This document shows, in pieces, positions 29,393-39,290 of a stretch of DNA of 64,000 bases. This stretch comes from Bacteroidota bacterium. Lineage in GTDB: Bacteria > Bacteroidota > Bacteroidia > Bacteroidales > UBA12481. Below the pieces are notes generated by a model. It was not told where the DNA came from. It ran no database searches and saw only the letters and a program-made list of their open reading frames with translations. The DNA lies in assembly GCA_018669475.1 (NCBI GenBank), contig JABHCC010000189.1:18383-82382 (forward strand), in the 5' to 3' direction. Within the stretch, counting starts at the first letter, position 1, and each line of letters begins with the position of its first letter. Position numbers and translations under genes: made by a program.

Positions 29393-29425
29393 GTTAATAT
29401 TCCTGTAGGAATTGTTAATATTCCT
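29393..29425. promoter_or_regulatory. Perfect 12-bp direct repeat GTTAATATTCCT x2 with 21-bp period; candidate regulator binding site
   Basis: Copies at 29393-29404 and 29414-29425 in the divergent susC/esterase intergenic region. Confidence 0.6.
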
Positions 29426-29450
29426 TAAATGAAACTAATCTTTCCTATAG

Positions 29451-30332
29451 ATGATAGATATTAAAATCACAACAATTGCTCTATGTCTATTATTGATTTC
29501 ATGCAGAGGCATTAAGGAACTTCCGATAGCTAAATATTATGAATATGACCAGAATTTGCCAGTTCAGGATTCTTTTCATTTAGAAAAAGATACAACAGAT
29601 TCCAATTTGTACTATTTGACATACCAGAGTATTCATGATTGTGAAGTAAACGCTCTATTATCTCTGCCAGAAACAGGGAGAGCACCTTACCCAACGGTAA
29701 TCCTGATGCACGGCCTCGGTGATAGAAAAACTGTTGATTATATTGAGCTTGGTAATAAGTACTTTCTTGAGGCAGGATATGCGGTGCTTAGATTGGATAT
29801 AAGCAACCATGGTGATCGTTACAAAAATGATTACGATTTCAATCTTACATCAGGTTATAAATACTGGTCAAGAGATATAATTTCTCAAACTGTTTTTGAC
29901 CTGAGGCGGGCTGTTGATGTCATTATTAAAAATAATGATCTGGATAATGAGAGAATAGCATATTTTGGAATAAGCCTTGGAGGAATAATCGGTACAATTT
30001 TCTGTGGTGTGGAAAACAGAATTAAAGTACCGATTATTGTATTAGCGGGAGGGAATCTGAATCTTATGTTTGGAATGGATGCATTATCTGCTGAAACAAA
30101 GGAATTCCTGAGTATTATTGACCCGATCAACTATGTTAGAATGATCTCTCCCAGGCCTCTGCTAATGATCAATGCCAGTAATGATGATGTGATTCCACCC
30201 ATAACAAGCAAACTTCTTTTTAAAGCTGCAAAGAAGCCTAAAGAAATCATATGGTATCCAACAAAGCACCATGACTTGCCTATAGAGAAAGTTTATCCTG
30301 ATGGGATTCGCTGGCTACAAGAGTATTTATAA
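29451..30332 (+). CDS. Alpha/beta-hydrolase esterase, lipoprotein
   Basis: Lipobox LISC; MHGLG, nucleophile elbow GISLGG, DDVIP and C-terminal HD. Confidence 0.85.
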   Translation: MIDIKITTIALCLLLISCRGIKELPIAKYYEYDQNLPVQDSFHLEKDTTDSNLYYLTYQSIHDCEVNALLSLPETGRAPYPTVILMHGLGDRKTVDYIELGNKYFLEAGYAVLRLDISNHGDRYKNDYDFNLTSGYKYWSRDIISQTVFDLRRAVDVIIKNNDLDNERIAYFGISLGGIIGTIFCGVENRIKVPIIVLAGGNLNLMFGMDALSAETKEFLSIIDPINYVRMISPRPLLMINASNDDVIPPITSKLLFKAAKKPKEIIWYPTKHHDLPIEKVYPDGIRWLQEYL

Positions 30333-30337
30333 GTCCT

Positions 30338-32122
30338 ATGAAAAATTCAGCTCGTATACGAAAGCGACTAAAAGCAGTACTAATTCTACTCGGGATTCTG
30401 CTCCTGCTTTCCTATTTTTATATTTTTCTTCCTCTCTGGGGTTACCCTTTTAACCATAAAAGACATGGGAATCCGCCATTAACTCCGGCATGGGCACTTG
30501 AATGTTGGTTATGGGAAGATGATATCAACACAGCCCAAAGAGTTGATGAATTGCTTGAAGGTTATGCCCTGCATGATATCCCGGTACGGACAATCCTCAT
30601 GGACAGTCCATGGAGTTTAAGATATAATGACTTTGAGGTTGACACAGTTCGTTATCCTGAACCTGCAAAATGGTTTGGTAAACTCCAGGATAATGGCTAT
30701 CGGGTGGTTCTCTGGATGACTCCCATGGTTAACAGTTTCAGCAAAGACACAAGGATCAACCAATCTGAACCATGGTATAATACTGCCAAAGATAAGGGAT
30801 ACCTTGTAGACAAGGATGACCAGACCAGGTGGTGGAAAGGCGTAGGTGGCTTCATCGATTACACCAATCCGGAAGCCAAGAAATGGTGGCATGGTATGCA
30901 GCAAAAGGTATTCGATTACGGTATTGATGGTTGGAAACTTGATGGAACCGCAACACTGTTATGGGAAGAACTTGGCCCTGTACCTTTCTTCTATAAGAGA
31001 ACACAAGAAGGATTAATTACAACCCGGGGCTATATGGACCTTTATTATCGCAACGAATATAGTAAGGGGCTAAAACATAATCCGGAATTTGCTACTCTGT
31101 CGCGTGCTATGGACAGAGGATATCATCCTGAAGGTTTTGCACCGATTGATGCAGCCCCGGTCACCTGGGTTGGAGATCAGGAGCATCACTGGGAATCTAA
31201 AGATAATACAGGGAATTCTGATGAAACTAAAACAGACATTGCCCTGAAAGGTATTCAGGGATTTGAATCTGCAATTGAAAATGTATTAAAAAGTGCCAAG
31301 AAAGGCTACAATATTATCGGATCTGATGTTGCGGGGTTCTCTGGAGGCACTATCCCTCCTCGTCTATATATCCGATGGACTCAGTTTTCTGCTTTTTGCG
31401 GATTATTTCTTAACGGAGGACACGGTGAAAGGGCTTTGTGGAAGAGAAGCGAGCAAGAATTGGAAATTATCCGCAAATATTCCTGGCTCCATACTGAGTT
31501 AATACCATACATGTATAGTTATGTTGTTCAGGCGAACCAGGGAGCTGAAGTTTTGCAGAGGCCTGTTCGCGGTAAATATCATTACATGTTTGGTGATTAC
31601 ATTCTTGTTGCTCCCATTTATAAAGATAATTTGAATAATGAGGTCAGGCTACCTGAAGGTCAATGGAGGTATTGGTTTGATGATAACGAGTTACTGGATG
31701 GAAAACAAATCTTCAAGAAGGAATTTCCATTGGATGAGTTTCCTGTTTTTATCAAAGAGGGGGCAATAATTCCAATGAATATAGAAAGGGGGTATACAGG
31801 TATTGGTGACAAGGGCTCCAAGGGCTATTTAACCTTACTGATATATCCTCATTATAATAGTAACTTCACCGTATATGATCCTGAGGACGGGGAAAGTACT
31901 AAAATTGTTGGAGAAGAAACCAGAGAGTCAGTAAAGATTGTTATTACAGGTAAAAAAAGAGCACATATCTTGTCAGTGCATTTTTCATCCAAACCGAAAC
32001 TGGTTAAACTGGATAAGACAGTATTATCAGACTCCCTGGATTATCATTTTGATGAGGAGCGTAATAAATTGATTATCAAAACAGAAGAATACTCATCAGG
32101 AGAGTACATAATATTAAAGTAA
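30338..32122 (+). CDS. GH31 alpha-glycosidase with N-terminal membrane anchor/signal
   Basis: DIPV...DSPW, IDYTNPEAKKWW, GIDGWKLDG, WVGD, GSDVAGF, ELIPYMY and YMFGDYILVAP. Confidence 0.9.
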   Translation: MKNSARIRKRLKAVLILLGILLLLSYFYIFLPLWGYPFNHKRHGNPPLTPAWALECWLWEDDINTAQRVDELLEGYALHDIPVRTILMDSPWSLRYNDFEVDTVRYPEPAKWFGKLQDNGYRVVLWMTPMVNSFSKDTRINQSEPWYNTAKDKGYLVDKDDQTRWWKGVGGFIDYTNPEAKKWWHGMQQKVFDYGIDGWKLDGTATLLWEELGPVPFFYKRTQEGLITTRGYMDLYYRNEYSKGLKHNPEFATLSRAMDRGYHPEGFAPIDAAPVTWVGDQEHHWESKDNTGNSDETKTDIALKGIQGFESAIENVLKSAKKGYNIIGSDVAGFSGGTIPPRLYIRWTQFSAFCGLFLNGGHGERALWKRSEQELEIIRKYSWLHTELIPYMYSYVVQANQGAEVLQRPVRGKYHYMFGDYILVAPIYKDNLNNEVRLPEGQWRYWFDDNELLDGKQIFKKEFPLDEFPVFIKEGAIIPMNIERGYTGIGDKGSKGYLTLLIYPHYNSNFTVYDPEDGESTKIVGEETRESVKIVITGKKRAHILSVHFSSKPKLVKLDKTVLSDSLDYHFDEERNKLIIKTEEYSSGEYIILK

Positions 32123-32127
32123 CAAAC

Positions 32128-33138
32128 ATGAAAACAAACAACACAAGGCTTTATGCAATTCGCATTATAACTATTTCATTGTTAGTTATATATTCAACTT
32201 CTTGCATGCAAAAGCAAAAAAAAGACAGTCAGCAAGAGCAGGAGACAAGCTGGGCTGAAAAATTAAACTATCCTTCAGGGAAGAAAGTCATAATTCTTCA
32301 TGCTGATGATGCAGGAATGTCTGCAGGAGCTAATATCGCCACTATTCAATACCTTGAAAACAATCAGATACAATCAGCTGCAGTTATGGCTCCTTGCCCG
32401 AATGCTGAGGAATTTATTCAATGGGCTATTGATCATCCTGATTCAGATGTGGGTATGCACCTCACTTTAACCAGTGAATGGAAAACATATCGTTGGACTG
32501 CGATTGCGAATCCAGATGAGATTCCCGGTCTGATTGATCCTGATGGAATGTTCTGGCATGAAGTCTATGATGTAGTGAAAAGTGCAACTGCTGAAGAGGT
32601 TGAAAAAGAAATCAGGGCTCAAATTGATATGGCAATTTCAATGGGTTATCAGCCCGATCATCTTGACACCCACATGGGAACCCTCTATGGTCATCCAAGT
32701 TATCTGGAAGTGTTTATCAACGTTGCTGAAGAGTATGGCATTCCTGCAAATATTATAGATCTCTCTGATTCTCTCGTTGCTGACAGATTTAGAAAGGAGG
32801 GCTATCCAATAGATGATAATGTTATTGGATTGGTGGATAAATATAGCTTGCCAAAACTTGATAATTTCACCAGCGTTCCTAAAGGGAATACTTATGAGGA
32901 GAAAATTGAAAACTTTACAAAACTTGTCCAATCATTGCCATCTGGTCTTACCGAAATAATATTTCATCCATCAGTTCAAGGTGAACAATTAAAGAGTATT
33001 ACTAATTCCTGGCAACAAAGAGTGTGGGAAGCAGAAATGTTTTCTGATCCAGAATTGATCAGGTTTTTTGAAGACGAAGGGATTATTTTCACAAACTGGA
33101 AAGAAATAATGCAACGATACAGGGAAATGGAAGAATAA
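32128..33138 (+). CDS. YdjC/ChbG-family carbohydrate de-N-acetylase, lipoprotein
   Basis: HADDAGM, GMHLTL, HLDTHM and EIIFHP; lipobox STSC. Confidence 0.88.
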   Translation: MKTNNTRLYAIRIITISLLVIYSTSCMQKQKKDSQQEQETSWAEKLNYPSGKKVIILHADDAGMSAGANIATIQYLENNQIQSAAVMAPCPNAEEFIQWAIDHPDSDVGMHLTLTSEWKTYRWTAIANPDEIPGLIDPDGMFWHEVYDVVKSATAEEVEKEIRAQIDMAISMGYQPDHLDTHMGTLYGHPSYLEVFINVAEEYGIPANIIDLSDSLVADRFRKEGYPIDDNVIGLVDKYSLPKLDNFTSVPKGNTYEEKIENFTKLVQSLPSGLTEIIFHPSVQGEQLKSITNSWQQRVWEAEMFSDPELIRFFEDEGIIFTNWKEIMQRYREMEE

Positions 33139-33171
33139 TCTATACTACCAATTTCCATCACGATATAATAT

Positions 33172-34155
33172 TTGAATATGACAATAAAAAGAACCCTTGC
33201 AATTTTGTTTCTGTCTTTTTTTATCCTAGGTGCTTGTATTAGTCAAAATCGAGGGAAGGAAAACCCTCCTAAACCGCCACGCGGCTATTCCGGCGAGAAG
33301 ATATTGAAGCTGGCTATTGCTGTTGGTCTGGTTGATCTGATAGAGAGAAATCCTGAGATACCTGATTATATTGACGAGATTAAAAATGTCACCTATAAGC
33401 AAGTGGGAGATATCTCATTACAGATGGATATTTATAAACGAAAGGATCTGGCTGAAGATGCACCGGTAATCGTTTTTATCCATGGAGGTTCATGGACAAA
33501 AGGTAAGCGATCTGATTACCTGCCTTATCTGCTGGATTATGCGAAAAAGGGATACGTTACTGCAACAATTACTTACAGATTATCCCAGATTGCTATGTTC
33601 CCGGCCGCCCTTGAAGACACCAAATGTGCAGTTCGCTGGATTCGGGCTCATGCAGAAGATTTCATGATTGATTCTGAGAAGATTGCTGTCGTAGGTGGTT
33701 CAGCAGGTGCTCATCTGGCTATGATGATTGCCTATTCCAATGAGAATGAATTTGATGCAGGTTGTAGCGAAACTGCCAGCAGCAAGGTTCAGGCTATTGT
33801 CAATCTTTACGGTCCTGTTGATCTGACCACAGAGTACGCCCGTGAAGCAGGTTCTGTGATAAAATTTTTAGGTGCTACTTATCAGGATGACCCACAAAGA
33901 TATACATATGCATCACCCAAAACATATATATCACCAGGAGATTCTCCGACATTAATCTTTCAAGGGACATTAGATTCTTTGGTTCCTGTGAGCCAGGCAG
34001 ATTCATTGCATGTATGGCTCGAGAAAGCAGGTGTTTATAGTGAATATCATCGATTAAAAGGATGGCCCCATACTATGGATTTATCCAAAAAGGTCAACGA
34101 TTATTGCCAGTATTATATGGATGCATTCTTTGAGAAATACCTTAGAACTGATTGA
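33172..34155 (+). CDS. Alpha/beta-hydrolase (HSL/BD-FAE-like) esterase, lipoprotein
   Basis: IHGGSW, GGSAGAHL, DSLVP and PH; lipobox LGAC. Confidence 0.88.
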   Translation: MNMTIKRTLAILFLSFFILGACISQNRGKENPPKPPRGYSGEKILKLAIAVGLVDLIERNPEIPDYIDEIKNVTYKQVGDISLQMDIYKRKDLAEDAPVIVFIHGGSWTKGKRSDYLPYLLDYAKKGYVTATITYRLSQIAMFPAALEDTKCAVRWIRAHAEDFMIDSEKIAVVGGSAGAHLAMMIAYSNENEFDAGCSETASSKVQAIVNLYGPVDLTTEYAREAGSVIKFLGATYQDDPQRYTYASPKTYISPGDSPTLIFQGTLDSLVPVSQADSLHVWLEKAGVYSEYHRLKGWPHTMDLSKKVNDYCQYYMDAFFEKYLRTD

Positions 34156-34372
34156 ATAATAACTTATTTTACTACATATTTGCATTCGGTACAAACAAGA
34201 AAAAATTGATAATAAGGGCTTAACAAAGTTAATTGTAAAATATCCTGAAATTACATATGGTTAATATATAAGGTAATTATGTTAAGAAAATATTGCTCTA
34301 TTTGAAAAATAAGTAATAAATTTCACAAAATATTTGATATTAATAATAATCTAAACGCAAAATGGAATAATT

Positions 34373-35284
34373 ATGAAAAAAATTGCTTCTTTTCTTATTA
34401 GCCTTACTGTGATAGGATTTATGGTTCTTTCTTTTTCTTCATGTAAAAAGGTAGACCCACCTACAGTAACAATCTTTGCCAGTGTGGATGGCTATGTGGT
34501 GGCCTTTACTGCAACCGCTACAGACACTGATAATTACAGCTGGACCTTCGGTGATGGTGAAGTGGGATCCGATCAAAACCCCGTACATACCTATGCTCAG
34601 TCTGGATCTTACACAGCTACCCTTACTGTAACAGGAGAAGGTGGAGTAGCAGAGGTATCTACCACGGTTACTATTGCAGCATCCCCATTGGAGATGTTAA
34701 CGGGTGGACCTGCGGCCGCCAATGGCAAAACATGGGTTTTCAGCCCGGCAGGAGGAGAAGGTGATGGAATCTATAAAGCTGATGTAGATTTTACTTTTGA
34801 AGATCCCCTTCCGGCTGGAATTCTGGGTCTGATAGGTCTTCCTACTGAGTATGAGGATGAATTTACTTTCCATAATGATCTTAGCTATTCACATGATGTT
34901 AAGAATGACAGTGTGGTAACTGATATTATTTTTGCGATGATCAATCAAATTCCATTCAGACCATCAGCAGAAGATGTTATTGTTCTTTGTCCGTTTATAC
35001 CTTCTGCTGCCACATTTACATTTACTGAGGGTACTGACTTAACCCTTGAAACAACAAGTGATAGTGACAACGAAAATATCTGGGAAACAACCTGGAGTGG
35101 TGTTACTGTTCTTGAAATCGAAGGGGGAGCAGAATTTTTGGGAGTTATGGATTTCACAAGAAAATATATTGTTTTTAATATTTCTGTTGATGCTCTTCAG
35201 TTAGGAATATTTGTTTCTGCTACTGAAGGATCAAAAATGAATTATCCTTCACACCTATTAAGAATGACCTTTATTCCCAAGTAG
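34373..35284 (+). CDS. PKD-domain surface lipoprotein (possible glycan-binding protein)
   Basis: Lipobox FSSC followed by KK; PKD motif YSWTFGDG...NPVHTY...YTATLTV; then LTGG...KTW. Confidence 0.8.
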   Translation: MKKIASFLISLTVIGFMVLSFSSCKKVDPPTVTIFASVDGYVVAFTATATDTDNYSWTFGDGEVGSDQNPVHTYAQSGSYTATLTVTGEGGVAEVSTTVTIAASPLEMLTGGPAAANGKTWVFSPAGGEGDGIYKADVDFTFEDPLPAGILGLIGLPTEYEDEFTFHNDLSYSHDVKNDSVVTDIIFAMINQIPFRPSAEDVIVLCPFIPSAATFTFTEGTDLTLETTSDSDNENIWETTWSGVTVLEIEGGAEFLGVMDFTRKYIVFNISVDALQLGIFVSATEGSKMNYPSHLLRMTFIPK

Positions 35285-35322
35285 TAAGCTAAGGAATAAC
35301 AGTCTACAGGTTGGGAAATAAC

Positions 35323-35366
35323 ATAATAAGGGTTTGCAGGGCGATAGCCCTGCAAACCCTTATTAT
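35323..35366. terminator. Bidirectional intrinsic terminator
   Basis: Perfect 20-bp stem ATAATAAGGGTTTGCAGGGC / loop GATA / GCCCTGCAAACCCTTATTAT between convergent genes. Confidence 0.85.
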
Positions 35367-35391
35367 TAGCCCCGGCAATTGATTGCTGGCT

Positions 35392-36795
35392 TTAAAGTGA
35401 AATTATCTTTTTCATCATTCGTTTGATTATCTCATCTGTATATGGATCCATGGATGGCCCAAACCATGACATCAAGCGCGATTCATAATCATTCAAATGA
35501 TAATATTTATCTGGAATAATATACCCCACATAATTGCCATTGAAACCGGTTGTCAGCGACTTGAATCCTTCTGCATTCATAGTATTCTTAAAATCAATAG
35601 CTGTTTCTCCACTAAAGTCAGCAGGTGTTGTGGTCCATACCAGATCTCCTATCCTTGCTGTTTGAATATATGTATCACCAAATGATGGTAATAGCTTTCT
35701 GCTTATGACAGGGTTTAGTCGCAGATTATCTGTTACTCTGACATGAAGTTCCGGCAGATTAATTTTTACGCTTAGATAGGCCATTCCAATACTATCATTA
35801 AGCTCAACATACCGGCTATACTTAAGAACACTGTCAGCCAGGGCTTCACCCAAATATGCAGGTTTTTCAAATTTATCTCCCTTGCTCCCGGGACCATGGC
35901 TGCCAACACTACCTGCAAAAAATACAGCCATATCAGCACCTGTATCTTCCAGATGCCGCTGCCAGTAACCAGGGTAGTCAGCACTGAATTGCATATTCCA
36001 TCCACCCAGAGTTGTTGCATGTGCATCAAATGAGCCTATAACAATACTTTTCCCTTCCTCCTGTTTGGCAACTATAAATACAAATTCTGCATTTTTTTCA
36101 CCTCGCTCTCCAATCAGGCGGTTGGAAATTAAATCAGAAGCCTCAAAACTACCTGTGCCAATACTCCCTGGTCTAAGGTCTTCAACAGCATCTTCAATTG
36201 CCTTGGTATATTGTAATACCAGCCAATCTATAATACTCTGATTTGGCAAGCCGGCAAATTGTTTTCCTACATAGCCTTCAGACCAGCCACCAACACTCGA
36301 ATGGGTATGGCTTGCAGTAAAGAAAAGCTGATTTCGCTTGATCCCCAGTTTCTCATCTACTATCCGGCTAACTCCTTCGCTGATATTTGGTGGCACTATC
36401 AGAATGTCGGAGCCAATCATCAAAATTAATCTTTCCTTCACCCGAACAGCTACAACCTTAACAAAAAGACTATCATGAATACCTTCGGCATATGTACCCT
36501 TTCTACTTCCGAATCCAGCCATAGGAACTTCTTTAAAAGCCCCAGCTTCCGGAATATCTTCCTGAGCTCCGATAAGTGGTGTGATACTAGCCTTTCCGGT
36601 TCCAATATAAACTTTGCCTTCTGCCAGGCTTAATTCTTTTGATAAGCTGTCGAAATGTGTAATAGTTTCTTGGTAATAGTCACTTTCAAAATAGGGGGAA
36701 TAATCCACTTTTTCACAAGCCCAAATCAGAACAAGTAAAATAATTACAGATATCACTCCTATGGTCTTTCCTATAATCTTTAAAAACTTCAGCAT
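35392..36795 (-). CDS. Neutral/alkaline ceramidase-like amidohydrolase, N-terminally anchored
   Basis: MAGFGSR, GIHDSLFVK, ASHTHS, AHAT, SADYPG, YVGYI and YES. Confidence 0.8.
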   Translation of the reverse strand: MLKFLKIIGKTIGVISVIILLVLIWACEKVDYSPYFESDYYQETITHFDSLSKELSLAEGKVYIGTGKASITPLIGAQEDIPEAGAFKEVPMAGFGSRKGTYAEGIHDSLFVKVVAVRVKERLILMIGSDILIVPPNISEGVSRIVDEKLGIKRNQLFFTASHTHSSVGGWSEGYVGKQFAGLPNQSIIDWLVLQYTKAIEDAVEDLRPGSIGTGSFEASDLISNRLIGERGEKNAEFVFIVAKQEEGKSIVIGSFDAHATTLGGWNMQFSADYPGYWQRHLEDTGADMAVFFAGSVGSHGPGSKGDKFEKPAYLGEALADSVLKYSRYVELNDSIGMAYLSVKINLPELHVRVTDNLRLNPVISRKLLPSFGDTYIQTARIGDLVWTTTPADFSGETAIDFKNTMNAEGFKSLTTGFNGNYVGYIIPDKYYHLNDYESRLMSWFGPSMDPYTDEIIKRMMKKIISL

Positions 36796-36841
36796 GCAAT
36801 TTGCTAATAAAATTTACTTCTTACATTTTAAAAAATTCTCA

Positions 36842-39178
36842 TTAGTAATCCCCAGGCTTAGCTGCCATGAGGAAACGCAACACTCCTCCTTCTGCAATCT
36901 CTGAGTGTTGTATCCAGCTACGGTTCAGAACGGTATCATTCAGCCAAATATTTTGTACATAAATATTTTCAGGAGCATAATTATCAGCCTGAATTGTGAG
37001 AGTTTTCCCGTTGATTTCAACTTCAGCTGTTCTGAAAAGAGGAGCTCCAAGCTGATATATATCGGAACCGGCAATGGGATAAAATCCCATCGAACTGAAA
37101 ATATACCAGGCTGAAAGGGTTGCTCCATCATCATTTCCGTCTAAACCCTTATATGATGTATCATATTTATTATCAAGAATCCATCGAACCCATTTCTGGG
37201 TTAGGTCAGGTCTCCCGGCCACATTAAAAAGGTATGCAACGTGGATGTCGGGCTCATTACCGTGCCAGTAATACGGCCCGGGATTCCAGGCCCCCATCCG
37301 TGGATCAGATTCTGAAAAGAAGCTTTCAAGTTCACTCACAAATTTTCCCGGACTTTCATAAAGAGAAATCAATCCTGGGGCATCAAATGGAACTGCCCAA
37401 CGCCATTGCAGAGCACTTCCTTCGACATAATCATCTGTATATTTTTCTCTAAAGTCGAGATAGCTCAGTAATTTTGGCTTAAAATCCTTAACAAAACTTC
37501 CATCCGAATTTCGGGGATGAAAATATTTTGTCTCCGGATTCCATGTATTACGATAGTATTGAGTATGTTCAGCAAATAATTCAGCATCTTCTTTTTTGTC
37601 CAATGCCTTTGCCAGCTGTCCGATAGAATAATCTGCCCACGCATATTCCAGAGTTTTTGATACAGCTTTGTCCATGTCATCTGCTGAACAATAGCCGTAT
37701 TTCAGGTATGATTCAATACCTCTTCTTCCCGAGAATTCTGCACCTGGAGAGGTAGGGCCTAAGGCAGTATTTCGCATGGCTTCGTATGCATATTCAATAT
37801 CAAAATCACGAATACCCTTTAGCCAGGCTTCAGCTATGGTTATATCAGCAGGGCTACCCAGCATAGACCCGGTATACCCGTTTCCGGATGGCCATCTGGG
37901 CAACCACCCTCCTTCTTCTGTCATTTTGAGTAATGAAACCATCATGTCTCTCTGATCATCACGGGCGATGATATTATATAATGGATGCAAGGTCCTGAAA
38001 GTATCCCACAGAGATAAGTCTGTGAAATATTGAAAATCAGTAGCTTGGTGCACTTGATTGTCAAATCCAATGTATTCCCCGTTGATGTCATTGAAAACAG
38101 TTGGCATTTGAAAACTCCTGTACAAAGCAGTATAAAAAATTGTTCTCTGGGTTTTTGAAGCACCGTCGATCTTTATGAGTGATAATCTATCTTCCCAAAT
38201 CTCCTGTGCGTCAGCGAGAATTTTGTCAAATTGTTTATCGCCGGCTTCTGCTTCCAGGTTGGCCCTGGCATTATCGACACTTATGTGGGATATAGCCAGT
38301 TTTAGGACTACTTCTTTCCCATTGTCACCAAGTGAAAATCCAAGGTCAGCACCAATATTGTCTCTTTCAATTTTTCTTTTTTTGGAAGATCCTTCATGCT
38401 GCCAGGTTTGATAGTTCTTAAAAGGTTGATCGAAGCGGGCAACAAAGAACACCTTTTGTCCTCCATACCGACGAGCAAAGGTGCCAAATGTTCTTATACT
38501 GCCTTCAATCTCTTGTTTTTCAGGTAATACTCTTACAGTAGCTTCAGTGCTTTTTGCCTTTCCAATCGCATTACTAACATCAATCAGTAAATGAGCTTCT
38601 TCCGCCTCAGGAAAAGTGTAACGATGAATCCCAACTCGTTCTGTAGTAGTTAGTTCAATAAATATATTCCCATCGTGCAGCTTCACGGCATAATATCCTG
38701 GAAATGCTGTCTCATCCTTGTGTGAGAATTTTGAAAAATGCCCTGAGCTGTATTTTTTTTTCTTAATTGGTCCAGAAACGGGAATTACCAGAAAATGGCC
38801 ACCGTCAGTCGCTCCTGTACCGCTCAGCCGGGTATGGCTGAAACCGCATATTTTATTGTCTCCGTAATGATAACCCGAAGTGCTTTTACCCCTTCTATTT
38901 GTGAGGGCTGAAGCAGTTTCCGGACTCAGACGTACCATCCCAAAAGGTAGGGAGGCACCAGGGTAATTGTGGGCGCACACCCATGGATAACCTCCTGTGC
39001 CGATAAAAGGATTTACCTCCTTTATCAGCGGAAAGACTGGCTTGGCAGCATTTGGCATCAACTGAGGTTCAGCATTAACAATATGCCTGTGATTTATCCA
39101 GAGGCCTGTCAGGAACAATATACCGGCACATGCAACAAGGCCAATTGCCGCGATTAATCTTTTCCAGACTTTTTTCAT
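36842..39178 (-). CDS. GH92 alpha-mannosidase-family protein
   Basis: VNPFIGTG, PFGMVRLSP, GFSHTRLSGTG, SLWDTFR, YVEGS, HGNEP and GNDDGATLSAW. Start moved to MKKVWKR at 39178. Confidence 0.93.
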   Translation of the reverse strand: MKKVWKRLIAAIGLVACAGILFLTGLWINHRHIVNAEPQLMPNAAKPVFPLIKEVNPFIGTGGYPWVCAHNYPGASLPFGMVRLSPETASALTNRRGKSTSGYHYGDNKICGFSHTRLSGTGATDGGHFLVIPVSGPIKKKKYSSGHFSKFSHKDETAFPGYYAVKLHDGNIFIELTTTERVGIHRYTFPEAEEAHLLIDVSNAIGKAKSTEATVRVLPEKQEIEGSIRTFGTFARRYGGQKVFFVARFDQPFKNYQTWQHEGSSKKRKIERDNIGADLGFSLGDNGKEVVLKLAISHISVDNARANLEAEAGDKQFDKILADAQEIWEDRLSLIKIDGASKTQRTIFYTALYRSFQMPTVFNDINGEYIGFDNQVHQATDFQYFTDLSLWDTFRTLHPLYNIIARDDQRDMMVSLLKMTEEGGWLPRWPSGNGYTGSMLGSPADITIAEAWLKGIRDFDIEYAYEAMRNTALGPTSPGAEFSGRRGIESYLKYGYCSADDMDKAVSKTLEYAWADYSIGQLAKALDKKEDAELFAEHTQYYRNTWNPETKYFHPRNSDGSFVKDFKPKLLSYLDFREKYTDDYVEGSALQWRWAVPFDAPGLISLYESPGKFVSELESFFSESDPRMGAWNPGPYYWHGNEPDIHVAYLFNVAGRPDLTQKWVRWILDNKYDTSYKGLDGNDDGATLSAWYIFSSMGFYPIAGSDIYQLGAPLFRTAEVEINGKTLTIQADNYAPENIYVQNIWLNDTVLNRSWIQHSEIAEGGVLRFLMAAKPGDY

Positions 39179-39290
39179 CCGTTTATATTTAATTTTATTT
39201 GTTCCCGATTGAAATCGGGAGAGCTCACACAACAAAACCAATCATCAGTGTGTGTGTTAAAATATTTTTCCTTTTGTCATGCTCGGTTCA

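Noticed and set aside
38752..38761. Long A/T homopolymers (also near 5948 and 47067)
   Set aside because: They encode Lys runs in AT-rich DNA with frames intact, so they are weak evidence for phase variation.
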